Source: an uncultured Pelagibacteraceae bacterium
Lineage (GTDB): Bacteria; Pseudomonadota; Alphaproteobacteria; Pelagibacterales; Pelagibacteraceae
DNA length: 64,000 nt
Direction of reading: 5' to 3'
Assembly (NCBI GenBank): GCA_902546375.1
Contig: CACCJO010000002.1
Coordinates: 20,995 to 84,994 of the forward strand
The notes under the pieces are model-generated. The model had not been told where the DNA came from and ran no database searches. It worked only from the letters and a program-made list of their open reading frames with translations. Both the position numbers and the translations under genes were made by a program. Shown here piece by piece: positions 9,905 to 20,388 of the stretch (positions are counted from its first letter, which is position 1; every line of letters begins with the position of its first letter).

Positions 9905-10612
9905 ATGCAAAAACAAACAATTGCCTTGGTAGATGATGACAGAAATATTCTAACCAGCTTAAGTATTGCTCTTGAAAAAGAAGGTTTTAAAGTTCAGACT
10001 TACATTGATGGAGAGAGTGCATTAATTGGATTAACCAGGACACCGCCAGATCTAGCTATTGTCGATATAAAAATGCCAAAAATGGACGGTGAGGAATTGC
10101 TCAAGAAATTAAGAAAAAAAACCTCATTACCAGTTATTTTTTTGACTTCTAAAGATGATGAAATTGACGAATTACTAGGACTAAAATTAGGTGCTGATGA
10201 TTTCGTAAAAAAATCAGGTGGTTTTTCAATTAAAGTTTTAATTGAAAGAATTAGAGTTCAACTTAGAAAAAAAGATTCCAAAGAAACTCTTGAGGAAAAT
10301 AAAAGTATTATATCGCATGGAAAATTAAAACTTGATCCGTCCCAATTAGAGTGCGAATGGAATGGGAAACAATTGCCTGATAAATTGACTACTACAGAAT
10401 TTTTACTGGTAAAAGAGCTAGCCAAAAGACCAGGAATTATAAAAGAGAGAGCTCAATTAATGGATATTGCTTATAGAGAAGATACAGATATTGAGGATAG
10501 AACAATTGATAGTCACGTTAAAAGAATTAGAAAAAAATTCAAAAAAGTTGATCCTGAATTTTCAGCTATAGAAACTAGATATGGAAGCGGATATAGATGG
10601 AATGTTAATTAA
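9905..10612 (+). CDS. chvI: OmpR-family response regulator ChvI
   Basis: IALVDDDRNILTS, DIKMPKMDG and DRTIDSHVKRIRKKF. Coupled to a ChvG-like kinase. Confidence 0.92.
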   Translation: MQKQTIALVDDDRNILTSLSIALEKEGFKVQTYIDGESALIGLTRTPPDLAIVDIKMPKMDGEELLKKLRKKTSLPVIFLTSKDDEIDELLGLKLGADDFVKKSGGFSIKVLIERIRVQLRKKDSKETLEENKSIISHGKLKLDPSQLECEWNGKQLPDKLTTTEFLLVKELAKRPGIIKERAQLMDIAYREDTDIEDRTIDSHVKRIRKKFKKVDPEFSAIETRYGSGYRWNVN

Positions 10613-12153
10613 TGCTCAGCAATTTTCTTAAAAACTTATCAATTTTAAAAAAATTTTTATTCATAAATTCTATTTTTTTTACAATAATAGGTCTGTTCAC
10701 ATTCGTTTATTTGAAAAATGTCCAACCAAATTTAATTAAAAAAAAATCCTCAAATCATATTGAGGTTATCAATAATACAATCGATAATCTAACAAGATTA
10801 AATGTAAAATTTGTTGAAAAAGATATTAGAAAATTTTTGTTTTCAACAAGATTTCTTTTTCAGAACTTGGATAGAGTAATATTTTTTGACAATAAACTAA
10901 ATCTCATAGGAGACACTGATACATTAGACTTAGATCCAAGATCCTTTTCACAAAGGTTGGATACTATTGAGTTAGAGGTGTTGGACTCAACAACAACAAA
11001 AAAAATCACTGAAGAAAAAAATATAGATATTGGAAATGAAAATAATGTATCTTTAAATGATGTTCTTTTAAATTACGCAACGTCTAAAAATTTTGGAATC
11101 CCTTTTACATTTACCGAGGAAGAATTTAATAAATTTAAATTGACTACCATCAAAAACGTGATGAAGGATGGAGAAAATATAGGATATTTAGCAATAACAG
11201 AAAATGCCAATGATATAAAAGCTGCCATAGATGAAAGAAAAACTTTTGTAATTAGGACTGCAATTGCAGTTGGTATCGTAATATTGATTTTTTCGTTTGT
11301 TTTAAATAGATATTTTCTAAAACCAATTAAAAATTTAGTCAGTTATACCAAAATCATAAAAAATAAAGACACAAAAAAAACAAATATTGATACATTAAAA
11401 TTAAGAAATGATGAACTTGGTTTACTCTCTAATTCTTTGGATGATATGACTTTAGAATTACAAAAAAGAATTTCACATGCAGAAAATTTTTCAACTGATC
11501 TTGTACACGAAATTCGTAATCCATTGGCATCATTAAAAAGCGCATCAGAAATTTTACATGATGCACAAGACTCTGAACAGAGACTTAAATTGATTAATAT
11601 TTTAAGCCACGATGTACAAAGAATTGAAAGATTGATTACTGATTACTCACAAATGTTAAAAGATGAAGTTGCATTAAGTAAAGAAAAAATAAAGAAAATA
11701 GATATTGAGCCAATAGTTAAGTCAGTAGTAGATGATTTTAATAATATTTATAAAGTAAAAAGAGGAATTAATATTTCTTATAAAAATGACGGTAAAAATA
11801 AATATTTAATTTATGGGATCGAAAACAGAATTGAACAAATCATTGCAAACCTTTTAGATAATGCAATTTCTTTTAGTGATGATAATAAAGATGTAATTGT
11901 GCAAGTTTCGAAACCAGAGGATAACAAAGTATACATAAAGATTTTAGATGAGGGACAGGGTTTTAAAGAAAAAGACACGAATAAAATATTTAAGAGATTC
12001 TACAGTAACAGACCAGATAAATTTGGACAGCATTCTGGTCTAGGGTTAAATATAGTAAAAAATTTAGTTGATTTACATAATGCCACAATCAAAGCAACTA
12101 ATAGACAAGATAAAAAAGGAGCGAGTATGGAAATAGAATTTCCAAAAGTTTAA
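10612..12153 (+). CDS. chvG: Sensor histidine kinase ChvG/ExoS
   Basis: Two TM helices, HAMP (RNDELG), H-box HEIRNPLASL, NLLDNA, DEGQG and HSGLGL. Confidence 0.9.
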   Translation: MLSNFLKNLSILKKFLFINSIFFTIIGLFTFVYLKNVQPNLIKKKSSNHIEVINNTIDNLTRLNVKFVEKDIRKFLFSTRFLFQNLDRVIFFDNKLNLIGDTDTLDLDPRSFSQRLDTIELEVLDSTTTKKITEEKNIDIGNENNVSLNDVLLNYATSKNFGIPFTFTEEEFNKFKLTTIKNVMKDGENIGYLAITENANDIKAAIDERKTFVIRTAIAVGIVILIFSFVLNRYFLKPIKNLVSYTKIIKNKDTKKTNIDTLKLRNDELGLLSNSLDDMTLELQKRISHAENFSTDLVHEIRNPLASLKSASEILHDAQDSEQRLKLINILSHDVQRIERLITDYSQMLKDEVALSKEKIKKIDIEPIVKSVVDDFNNIYKVKRGINISYKNDGKNKYLIYGIENRIEQIIANLLDNAISFSDDNKDVIVQVSKPEDNKVYIKILDEGQGFKEKDTNKIFKRFYSNRPDKFGQHSGLGLNIVKNLVDLHNATIKATNRQDKKGASMEIEFPKV

Positions 12154-12162
12154 AGAGTTTTA

Positions 12163-12191
12163 TTGATTAATTAATTTTTAATTGTTAGAAG
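12163..12191 (+). promoter_or_regulatory. Putative sigma70 promoter of ahcY (likely leaderless mRNA)
   Basis: TTGATT, 17-nt spacer, TAGAAG, then 7 nt to ATG 12199. No clear SD. Confidence 0.45.
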
Positions 12192-12198
12192 AGCCACG

Positions 12199-13485
12199 AT
12201 GGAAGATTTTAAAGTAAGAGATTTATCACAAGCAGAATTTGGACGAAAAGAAATTTCAATTGCTGAAAGTGAAATGCCAGGACTTATGGCTTTAAGGGAG
12301 GAGTACGCTGGAAAATCTCCTTTAAAGGGTGCAAAAATTATAGGTTGTTTGCATATGACAATACAAACAGCAGTATTAATTGAAACCTTAGTAGATTTAG
12401 GTGCAGAAGTAAGATGGTCATCTTGTAACATTTTTTCTACTCAAGACCATGCAGCAGCAGCAATAGCAAAAGCTGGTATTCCAGTTTATGCGTGGAAGGG
12501 AGAAACAGAAGAGGAATATGTTTGGTGCATAAAACAAACCATTGAAGGTAAGAAAAGTTGGAAACCTAATATGCTTTTAGATGATGGTGGGGATTTAACA
12601 GCAATGATGCACAATGAATATAAAGATTTATTAAAAGATGTAAAAGGAGTTTCGGAAGAGACAACTACAGGGATAAAAGCTTTGAATAAAATGGAAAAAG
12701 AAAATTCTTTGTTGGTTCCAGCAATAAATGTGAATGATTCTGTTACCAAATCAAAATTTGATAACTTATATGGGTGTAGAGAAAGTTTAGTTGATGGAAT
12801 TAGAAGAGCCACAGATGTAATGATGTCAGGAAAAATTGCAATTGTTGCAGGCTTTGGTGATGTTGGGAAAGGAAGTGCTGCATCATTAAGGCAGAGTGGG
12901 GCTCGTGTGTTGGTTACTGAAGCAGATCCAATATGCGCATTGCAAGCTGCAATGGAAGGTTACGAAGTTGTTTTAATGGATGAAGCAATTAGTAAAGCAG
13001 ATATAGTTGTAACTGCGACTGGTAATAAAGATATTGTTACAGCTGACCATATGAGAGATATGAAGGATAGAGCAATCTTATGTAATATCGGACATTTCGA
13101 TAATGAAATCCAGGTTGAAGCTTTGAAAAATTATAAATGGACTGAAGTAAAACCCCAAGTACATGAAATTGAACTACCTAGCAAAAAAAGAATAATTTTA
13201 TTGGCAGAGGGTAGATTAGTAAATTTGGGTTGTGCTACAGGGCATCCAAGTTTTGTAATGAGCGCTTCTTTCACAAATCAAGTTATTGCTCAAATAGAAC
13301 TATGGAATAATCATAAAAATTATGAAAACAAAGTTTATGTTTTACCAAAACATTTAGATGAGAAAGTAGCTACACTTCATCTTAAAAAAGTTGGTGCTAA
13401 ATTAACTAAACTTTCTAAAGATCAAGCAGATTATATCAGTGTAGGGGTAGAGGGACCTTTCAAACCTAATGCCTATCGCTACTAA
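12199..13485 (+). CDS. ahcY: Adenosylhomocysteinase
   Basis: [49 protein letters not shown] and [13 protein letters not shown]. Confidence 0.98.
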   Translation: MEDFKVRDLSQAEFGRKEISIAESEMPGLMALREEYAGKSPLKGAKIIGCLHMTIQTAVLIETLVDLGAEVRWSSCNIFSTQDHAAAAIAKAGIPVYAWKGETEEEYVWCIKQTIEGKKSWKPNMLLDDGGDLTAMMHNEYKDLLKDVKGVSEETTTGIKALNKMEKENSLLVPAINVNDSVTKSKFDNLYGCRESLVDGIRRATDVMMSGKIAIVAGFGDVGKGSAASLRQSGARVLVTEADPICALQAAMEGYEVVLMDEAISKADIVVTATGNKDIVTADHMRDMKDRAILCNIGHFDNEIQVEALKNYKWTEVKPQVHEIELPSKKRIILLAEGRLVNLGCATGHPSFVMSASFTNQVIAQIELWNNHKNYENKVYVLPKHLDEKVATLHLKKVGAKLTKLSKDQADYISVGVEGPFKPNAYRY

Positions 13486-13924
13486 AAGTGATTTTATCAA
13501 TTTATCTTCAGAAAAAAAAACAGAGGAATTAGCTGAGAAGATTTCAAAAAAATTGAAATTAGGACATGTAGTTTTTTTTGTGGGCGAGATGGGTGTTGGA
13601 AAAACTACTTTTATTAGATATCTAATCAACAATTTTCAAAAACAAAATGGACTAAAAGTAACTGAAGTAACAAGTCCTACATTCAATTTATTAAATGAGT
13701 ATCAAATTAAACAAATCAAAATTAATCATTATGATTTATTTAGAATAAATAGTTTAGATGAAATTCAAAATTTAGGATTATTTGATGATATTACTAATGC
13801 TATTACATTAATTGAGTGGCCGCAAAAAATAAAACCAAAACCAAAAAATTTGATACAATTAAATTTTGAATATGGAAATGATTACAAGAAACGAATATTA
13901 AAAATTAAGGGTTTAAATTTGTAA
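13469..13924 (+). CDS. tsaE: tRNA t6A37 biosynthesis ATPase TsaE
   Basis: [11 protein letters not shown]-loop, VTSPTF, HYDLFR and LIEWP. Confidence 0.93.
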   Translation: MPIATKSDFINLSSEKKTEELAEKISKKLKLGHVVFFVGEMGVGKTTFIRYLINNFQKQNGLKVTEVTSPTFNLLNEYQIKQIKINHYDLFRINSLDEIQNLGLFDDITNAITLIEWPQKIKPKPKNLIQLNFEYGNDYKKRILKIKGLNL

Positions 13925-13934
13925 TTATAGATAA

Positions 13935-14873
13935 ATGCAAAATCTTAAAAAATTAAAAGGAGACGCGTCACATAGAAAGTTTTTTAGAAAAAAGTCCAAT
14001 TATGGTAATTCAATTGTTATTCAAGCAAAAAAGGACAAATTTAAAAATCTTCTTGTTTATGATGCAATTAGCAGGATTTTAAATAAAAACAAAGTTCTAG
14101 CTCCAAAATTATATCAAGAGAATTATAAGAATAATTATATTGAAATTGAGGATTTTGGAAATAAGACAATTTTTCAAATTCTAAAGCAAAGTAAAAATAA
14201 AAAATTATTATATTTTAAAGATGTAATAAAATTGCTTAATCAAATACAGTCAATAAAAGATAAAAAAATAAGAAATTTTAGAAATAAATATTATCGAATA
14301 CCTGATTATAAAAATGAAATATTAATTCAGGAAGCTAATTTATTTTGTGAGTGGTATGTGAAAAAAAATTTGTCAAAAAATAAGAGACAAGACTTTAATA
14401 AAAAGTTTAAAAAAATAATTAAAACCTTATCTTCATGTCTTAAGATGAAAAAAAATGTATTTGTTCACAGGGATTTTCATGTATCAAATTTAATGCTTGT
14501 TAATAACAGAATAGGTGTAATTGATAGTCAAGATGCTTTAATAGGAAATAGAGCTTATGATTTAGCTTCTTTAGTTGATGATGTAAGATTAAGAACCTCA
14601 AAAGTTCTAAAAAAAAAGATTTTTAATTTTTATATAGGTAATCAAAAAAAAATTGATAAGAAAAAAATAAAAAATGATTTTGAAATTTTATCTATTTTAA
14701 GAAACCTGAAAATAATTGGAATATTTACACGTCTGGCAATCCGAGATAAAAAAAAGGGTTATCTTAAATTAATACCTTATGCATGGGAATTGATTTCTTT
14801 AAGAATCAATGAAAATGAAATTTTCTTAGATTTAAAAAAATTACTAAATAATAATTTTAAAAAAAATTTATGA
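13935..14873 (+). CDS. amgK: Aminoglycoside-phosphotransferase family, AmgK-like anomeric MurNAc kinase
   Basis: GDAS.R.FFR, HRDFHVSNLM, IDSQDAL, YDLASL and LKIIGIFTRL. Lies between tsaE and a nucleotidyltransferase. Confidence 0.8.
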   Translation: MQNLKKLKGDASHRKFFRKKSNYGNSIVIQAKKDKFKNLLVYDAISRILNKNKVLAPKLYQENYKNNYIEIEDFGNKTIFQILKQSKNKKLLYFKDVIKLLNQIQSIKDKKIRNFRNKYYRIPDYKNEILIQEANLFCEWYVKKNLSKNKRQDFNKKFKKIIKTLSSCLKMKKNVFVHRDFHVSNLMLVNNRIGVIDSQDALIGNRAYDLASLVDDVRLRTSKVLKKKIFNFYIGNQKKIDKKKIKNDFEILSILRNLKIIGIFTRLAIRDKKKGYLKLIPYAWELISLRINENEIFLDLKKLLNNNFKKNL

Positions 14874-15559
14874 AAATTAATAATGCTTTTATTCTCTGCG
14901 CTGGGTTTGGCAAAAGACTAAATCCTTTAACTCTTGAAAAACCCAAACCATTACTTCAAATCAAAAATCAAACAATTTTAGAGGATTGCATTAATACCGT
15001 TATAAAATTGAAAGTCGAAAATATTTTTTTAAATACTTTTTATTTAAGTGAGCAAATTATTGACTTTTTTAGAAATAAAAATTTTTCAGTAAAAATAAAA
15101 ATTATAGAGGACGGTAAAGAAATCTTAGATACTGGTGGAGGAATTTTAAATTTGATCAACCACTCAGATTGCGAAGATTTTTTTGTTTTTAATCCTGACA
15201 CTATTTGGAATGAAAATCATGTGAGTGAAATTAATGATATGCAAAAATATTATTTTCAAAATAAATTAAATAATATTCTTTTATTGGTTAATAAAAAACT
15301 AAGTTTTGATAATAACCTAAAGGGTGATTTTGATTTAGAAGATAATATAATTAAACAAAGTTTTGAAAAAAACTTTATATTTACTGGTTGTCAAATTTTG
15401 AATAAAAACTTATTTAATGAATATGAAGTAGAAAACTTCTCAATTGCTAAAATTTGGAATAAATTATTAATGAAACAACAATTAAATGGATTTGAGAGCA
15501 TCAATAAATTTCACCATTTAACGAACTTAGAAATTTTTAAAAAACTAAAAGGTTCTTAG
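14870..15559 (+). CDS. murU: Nucleotidyltransferase, MurU-like
   Basis: ILCAGFGKRLNPLT..PKPL, ILDTGGG, NPD and FTGCQI. Follows amgK. Confidence 0.75.
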   Translation: MKINNAFILCAGFGKRLNPLTLEKPKPLLQIKNQTILEDCINTVIKLKVENIFLNTFYLSEQIIDFFRNKNFSVKIKIIEDGKEILDTGGGILNLINHSDCEDFFVFNPDTIWNENHVSEINDMQKYYFQNKLNNILLLVNKKLSFDNNLKGDFDLEDNIIKQSFEKNFIFTGCQILNKNLFNEYEVENFSIAKIWNKLLMKQQLNGFESINKFHHLTNLEIFKKLKGS

Positions 15560-16250
15560 ATCTCTCTTTATCTAGATATTTACATTCATTTATTTTAAAA
15601 TTTTCACCGAAATTGATTATTAAGGGATTTCCTGTCGGAATTTCTAAACTTGTGATTTGATTGTTATCTAAATTGAACAGATATTTACATAAAGCTCTTA
15701 TGGAGTTTCCGTGTGCTGTAATTAATATATTTTTATTTATTAGTTTAGGCTGTATTTCATTTTTGAAATACTCCAAAACTCTGTTGTATGTATCTTTTAA
15801 AGACTCTGTGTCAGGTATGAGCTCTTTAGGGATTTTCTCATATGTTTCAATATTTAGGGGATGATAAGAGCTTTCTCTACTTAGTTTTCCAGGTTTGATA
15901 TCCCAAGATCTTCTAAATTCAAAAACTTTATCTTCACCAATTTTTTTTGCAGTCTCAATCTTATTCAACCCTGTGAGCTCACCATAGTGTCTTTCGTTTA
16001 GCTGCCACGCTCTTTCAAAATCCTTTTTTGATTTTAATACTTTTTGTATTATTTTAAGAGTATGGTTTGCCCTCACTTGAAACGAGGAATAATAAAAATC
16101 TATATTTATATTTTGATTTTTGATAAGTAAACCAGCTTTCTCTGCTTCTATTTTACCTTGATCTGTAAGATCTACATCAACCCAACCAGTGAATCTTTTT
16201 TCAAGATTCCAAATACTCTGACCATGTCTTACTAATATCAAAAAACTCAT
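15537..16250 (-). CDS. gpmA: 2,3-bisphosphoglycerate-dependent phosphoglycerate mutase
   Basis: LVRHGQS.WN...FTGWVD, LNERHYG, ESLKD, AHGNSIRA and EIPTG. Confidence 0.96.
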   Translation of the reverse strand: MSFLILVRHGQSIWNLEKRFTGWVDVDLTDQGKIEAEKAGLLIKNQNINIDFYYSSFQVRANHTLKIIQKVLKSKKDFERAWQLNERHYGELTGLNKIETAKKIGEDKVFEFRRSWDIKPGKLSRESSYHPLNIETYEKIPKELIPDTESLKDTYNRVLEYFKNEIQPKLINKNILITAHGNSIRALCKYLFNLDNNQITSLEIPTGNPLIINFGENFKINECKYLDKERSKNLLVF

Positions 16251-16294
16251 CTTGTCATATCTAAAAATTATTTATAAAAAAATCATTTAACTAA

Positions 16295-16690
16295 ATGTCA
16301 AAATTTTTTTCTACATATAAAGTAATATTTTATATAATTAATATCCTTTTAATTATTTTATATCTATATCCTGGAAGTCTATTAGGCTGGATAATTTATG
16401 ACAATAAAAGTATACAACCTCAAATAACACCAGATTTTGTTATATCATCAAATCATTTTTATGTATTTGTATTAATTTCAATTATTGGTTTTTTAACTTT
16501 TGCTAATTCCAAGAAAATTATCTTATTACAATTATATTTAATCTTTCTTTCTATCACGCTTGAAATTTTTCACCTATTTATACCTGAAAGAACTTTTCAA
16601 TGGTCTGATTTATTTGGAAATTTATTGGGTGTTATTGTTGTAATTCTTCTTAATAATTTTATAAATAAATATGGTAGATTTAAAAAATAA
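16295..16690 (+). CDS. VanZ-like membrane protein
   Basis: Four hydrophobic segments. LE..HLFIPERTFQWSDLFGNLLG resembles the VanZ motif. Confidence 0.7.
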   Translation: MSKFFSTYKVIFYIINILLIILYLYPGSLLGWIIYDNKSIQPQITPDFVISSNHFYVFVLISIIGFLTFANSKKIILLQLYLIFLSITLEIFHLFIPERTFQWSDLFGNLLGVIVVILLNNFINKYGRFKK

Positions 16691-17270
16691 ATTATTAATT
16701 TTTATTTATTTTTTTACAATCGGCTGCTCATCAATTCCATCAAACACTTCTAACAGTTGTTCAATTTTTAGTGAAAGATATCTATGGTATAAACATACAA
16801 AAAAAGTTGAGCAAAAGTGGGGCACACCAATCTATATTCAATTAGCAATAATAAAAATGGAGTCTGATTTTGATTGGCTTGCTAAACCGGCGAGACAAAA
16901 AATTTTTAAAGTGATACCTTATAAACGACCTTCTAGTTCTTTTGGTTATTCACAAGCAGTTAAAGGAACTTGGGAGCAATATAAAAAAGAAACTGGTAAT
17001 AAATTAGCAACAAGAGCAAGATTTAAAGACAGTGTTGACTTCATTGGATGGTATACGAATAAATCAGAAAATATTTTAAAGATATCAAAGAAAGATGCTT
17101 TCAAACAGTATCTTGCATATCACGAAGGATGGGGAAATTATAAAAATTATAAAAAAAATAAAAAAGTAATTGGACTAGCTAAAAAAGTTGAGAGACAATC
17201 TGATAAATACAAAAATCAATTATTGAAATGTAAAAATAAATTAAATAGAAAAAAATATATTATTTTTTAG
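16671..17270 (+). CDS. Putative lipoprotein with lytic transglycosylase (SLT-like) domain
   Basis: Lipobox-like FTIGC. AIIKMESDF (catalytic ES), SSSFGYSQA and YLAYHEGWGNY. Confidence 0.75.
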   Translation: MVDLKNKLLIFIYFFTIGCSSIPSNTSNSCSIFSERYLWYKHTKKVEQKWGTPIYIQLAIIKMESDFDWLAKPARQKIFKVIPYKRPSSSFGYSQAVKGTWEQYKKETGNKLATRARFKDSVDFIGWYTNKSENILKISKKDAFKQYLAYHEGWGNYKNYKKNKKVIGLAKKVERQSDKYKNQLLKCKNKLNRKKYIIF

Positions 17271-20200
17271 ACAATTCTTTTTTTAGTTCTAAGTCAACTA
17301 TATCAATCCTTTTAGTATTTTTTGCTAATGCGAGATACATTGAAGGAGTGACATATAAAGTAAAGAAAGTTGAAATAATCATTCCTCCTAATATTGTAGA
17401 ACCAACTGCTAATCTTGAACCCTCTCCTGCACCTGGGCCAAAATTTCCAATCACTAAAGGCATCATTGCAATCATCGTACTTAGTGATGTCATTATAATT
17501 GGTCTAAACCGAACAGCACACGCTTCTTTAACAGCTAATTCAATAGTTTTTCCACTAGATCTAATTTGGTTTGCGTAATCTACAATTAAAATACTATTCT
17601 TAGTTGAGATACCTATTAGTATAATTAATGCAATTTGAGAAAAAATATTTACTGAGCTATTTAAAAATAAAATAAACACCAATCCTCCAAAAATAGCCAA
17701 AGGCACAGTTAAGATTATAACAAATGGATGAACAAATGAGTTGAATGTTGCAGCCATAACCAAATAAGCAGTTAGTAAAGCTAAAGCAAAAATTATAAAT
17801 AATTCATTACTTGTTTCTTTAATTTCCTCTGATTTTCCTTTCCAAGTAATTTGGTTCTCCGGTGCTAAATCAACCATCAAATTTTCGAAGTATTTAATCG
17901 CTTCTGTTAATGTATACCCCTCACTAATATTTGCAGAAATTGTTACAGCCCGTTGTCTATTATATCTAGCAAGTTCTTTTGCTGAACCTTCTTCCTTAAA
18001 ACTAACAAGATTTGCTAAAGATATTAATTTTCCATTGGTTTCAGATCGAACAAATATTTTCGAGACACCCTCTTTATTTCGTCGATCAGATAAATATTGT
18101 TGAACAATTATTGGATATTCTTTGCCTAGTTTATTAAAAGTCGTTATTTTTTTACCGCCGTAAAGTGTTTCAAGTGTTTCGCCAATTGATTTAGTTGAGA
18201 CGCCTAGATCTTTGGCTTTATTTTTATTTATAATTAATTTTACTTCTGGTTTGTTTCGATTGTAATCAGACTCAATTCTTGAGAGATTTTTATTAGATCT
18301 GAGTTTTCGTATAACTTTTTTTTGTATCGTCTCAAGTTCCTCATAAGTATTTCCATAAATGACCATTTGAACTGGTTTGTTGTAATTTGATACTCTGATA
18401 GATTGAGGAGATATAGGAAAAGCTAGGGCTTGGGGTAAAGTTACTATTTTCCCAATCGCTTCTCTAAGAACAACTTGTTGACCTTTTTTACGATTTTTCC
18501 AATCATCAAGGAGAGCGATTATTATAAAACTATTATATGAATTAGCTGAATTTCCAAATCCTGGAACACGCATTATAAATCTTGAATATGGACTATCCTC
18601 AGCTTGTAGCAAAGGAATAAGTCTTGCCTCTACTTTTTGGGCTTGTTCTTGAGTATATTCAAAAGAACTTCCTTCATCAGTGGAGCCAATTATTAGATAG
18701 GCTCCCCGATCTTCCATAGGTAAAAGCTCTTTTTTTGAGAAACTAAATAAAAGCACTGAAGCGATTATTATAAAAACAATAAAAAAACTTACACTTTTAG
18801 TTTTATTAATAACATTAACTAAAGTTTCCTCATAAAATTTTGCGAAGTTGTAAAAAATTTTTTCAAATTTTTGAATAAAAATTTTTTTCGATTTTTTTTT
18901 GTATAAAAATTTACTTGCAAGCATTGGTGACAAAGTTAATGCAACAAAAGAAGAAACTACAATCGAAAAAGATAATGCAATTGCGGTTTCTCTAAATAAT
19001 GTTCCAGAAATTCCCTCAATAAATATTAACGGTAAGAAAACTGCTACTAAAATTAGTGTGGTAGCAACGATAGCAAAAGAAATTTGTTTAGAGCCTTTAT
19101 AAGCTGCAACGAGTGGGGTCTCACCATTCTCTATTCGTCTGTATATTGCATCTGTCATAATTACTGAGTCGTCTGTGATTATACCAATCGCTAAAATAAA
19201 ACTTAAAAGGACAAAAATATTAATAGAAAGACCAAATATGTATAAGCCTAGAAAGGATGCAATTAAACTCACGGGTAGTGCAATAGCAGGTACGATGACT
19301 GCCTTTAAATTCCCTAAAAATAAATAAATTATCAATACAACTAAGATAAACGCAATGACCAAAGTTTTATATACTTCTTCAATTGCAGCCTCAACATAGT
19401 TTGCTCTATTGAATGAAACTCTTAAATCTAATTCTTCTGGTAAAGATTTTTTTACTTCAACAATTTTTTTTTTGATATCATTTGAAAGTTCTACTGTTGA
19501 AGCACCACTTCTTGCATAGATACCTATTCCTACAGTCTTTAAATTAATTTGATCTTTAGTTTGAGCTTTAAAAAGAGTTTTCTCTGATACTGGGCCGAAT
19601 TCAACGTTTGCTACATCTGATAACAGAATTACACGATTATTAGTTTTTTTGATGGGTATTTGCTTTATTGTATCAATATCGTTGTATGATTTATCTAGAT
19701 TTAGTGTTAAATCGATATTATCTGCTTCCAACGTTCCTGCAGGCAAACTTACATTTTCTCCACGAATTGCAAATTCAACTTCTTTAATGGTTAAATCATT
19801 AGCTGCAAGTTTAATAGGATCAATCCAAACTCTAATGCTTAATTCTCTTAATCCACCAACCCTTATTCTTCCAACATTTTTAACACTTGAAAATTGGTCT
19901 ACAAGATATCTCTCCGCGTAATCTCCTAATTCAAGGTCGCTCCATGAAGATGAGGATAATGACAGCCACATTGTTGTTGTAAACCCTGCAGCTCGTTTAA
20001 GTATTTGTGGTGGATCTGATTCCGTTGGCAAGTTATCCACAACTCTGGCAACTCTTTCTCTTATATCATTGGCAGCATTATCTAGATCAATACTCGTATC
20101 AAACTCGACATTAATTGTACTTCTTCCATTTTCAGATTTGGAGTCTATATTTTTTATACCCTCTGCCCCACCAATAACATCTTCAACAACTTGTGTGACT

Positions 20201-20388
20201 TCTTGATCTACTATTGAAGCTGATGCAGACTTGTAGTCTACTTGAACTTGAACAACAGGTGGTTGAATTCCATTGGGCAATTCTCTAACGGGCAATTTCC
20301 AAAAAACAAATAAACCAAATATAATTAGTATTAGGGACATCACCCAAGATACCGTCGGTCTTTTAATACTTAATTCAGTAATAAACAT
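17260..20388 (-). CDS. RND efflux permease (AcrB/HAE1 family)
   Basis: 1042 aa. SIKRP start. Proton relay intact (GIITDD, STKNSIL, RFRPIIMT). Confidence 0.95.
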   Translation of the reverse strand: MFITELSIKRPTVSWVMSLILIIFGLFVFWKLPVRELPNGIQPPVVQVQVDYKSASASIVDQEVTQVVEDVIGGAEGIKNIDSKSENGRSTINVEFDTSIDLDNAANDIRERVARVVDNLPTESDPPQILKRAAGFTTTMWLSLSSSSWSDLELGDYAERYLVDQFSSVKNVGRIRVGGLRELSIRVWIDPIKLAANDLTIKEVEFAIRGENVSLPAGTLEADNIDLTLNLDKSYNDIDTIKQIPIKKTNNRVILLSDVANVEFGPVSEKTLFKAQTKDQINLKTVGIGIYARSGASTVELSNDIKKKIVEVKKSLPEELDLRVSFNRANYVEAAIEEVYKTLVIAFILVVLIIYLFLGNLKAVIVPAIALPVSLIASFLGLYIFGLSINIFVLLSFILAIGIITDDSVIMTDAIYRRIENGETPLVAAYKGSKQISFAIVATTLILVAVFLPLIFIEGISGTLFRETAIALSFSIVVSSFVALTLSPMLASKFLYKKKSKKIFIQKFEKIFYNFAKFYEETLVNVINKTKSVSFFIVFIIIASVLLFSFSKKELLPMEDRGAYLIIGSTDEGSSFEYTQEQAQKVEARLIPLLQAEDSPYSRFIMRVPGFGNSANSYNSFIIIALLDDWKNRKKGQQVVLREAIGKIVTLPQALAFPISPQSIRVSNYNKPVQMVIYGNTYEELETIQKKVIRKLRSNKNLSRIESDYNRNKPEVKLIINKNKAKDLGVSTKSIGETLETLYGGKKITTFNKLGKEYPIIVQQYLSDRRNKEGVSKIFVRSETNGKLISLANLVSFKEEGSAKELARYNRQRAVTISANISEGYTLTEAIKYFENLMVDLAPENQITWKGKSEEIKETSNELFIIFALALLTAYLVMAATFNSFVHPFVIILTVPLAIFGGLVFILFLNSSVNIFSQIALIILIGISTKNSILIVDYANQIRSSGKTIELAVKEACAVRFRPIIMTSLSTMIAMMPLVIGNFGPGAGEGSRLAVGSTILGGMIISTFFTLYVTPSMYLALAKNTKRIDIVDLELKKELSKK

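Noticed and set aside
12154-12198. SAH or SAM-V riboswitch before ahcY
   Set aside because: Only 45 nt, AT-rich and occupied by a promoter-like sequence. No aptamer visible.
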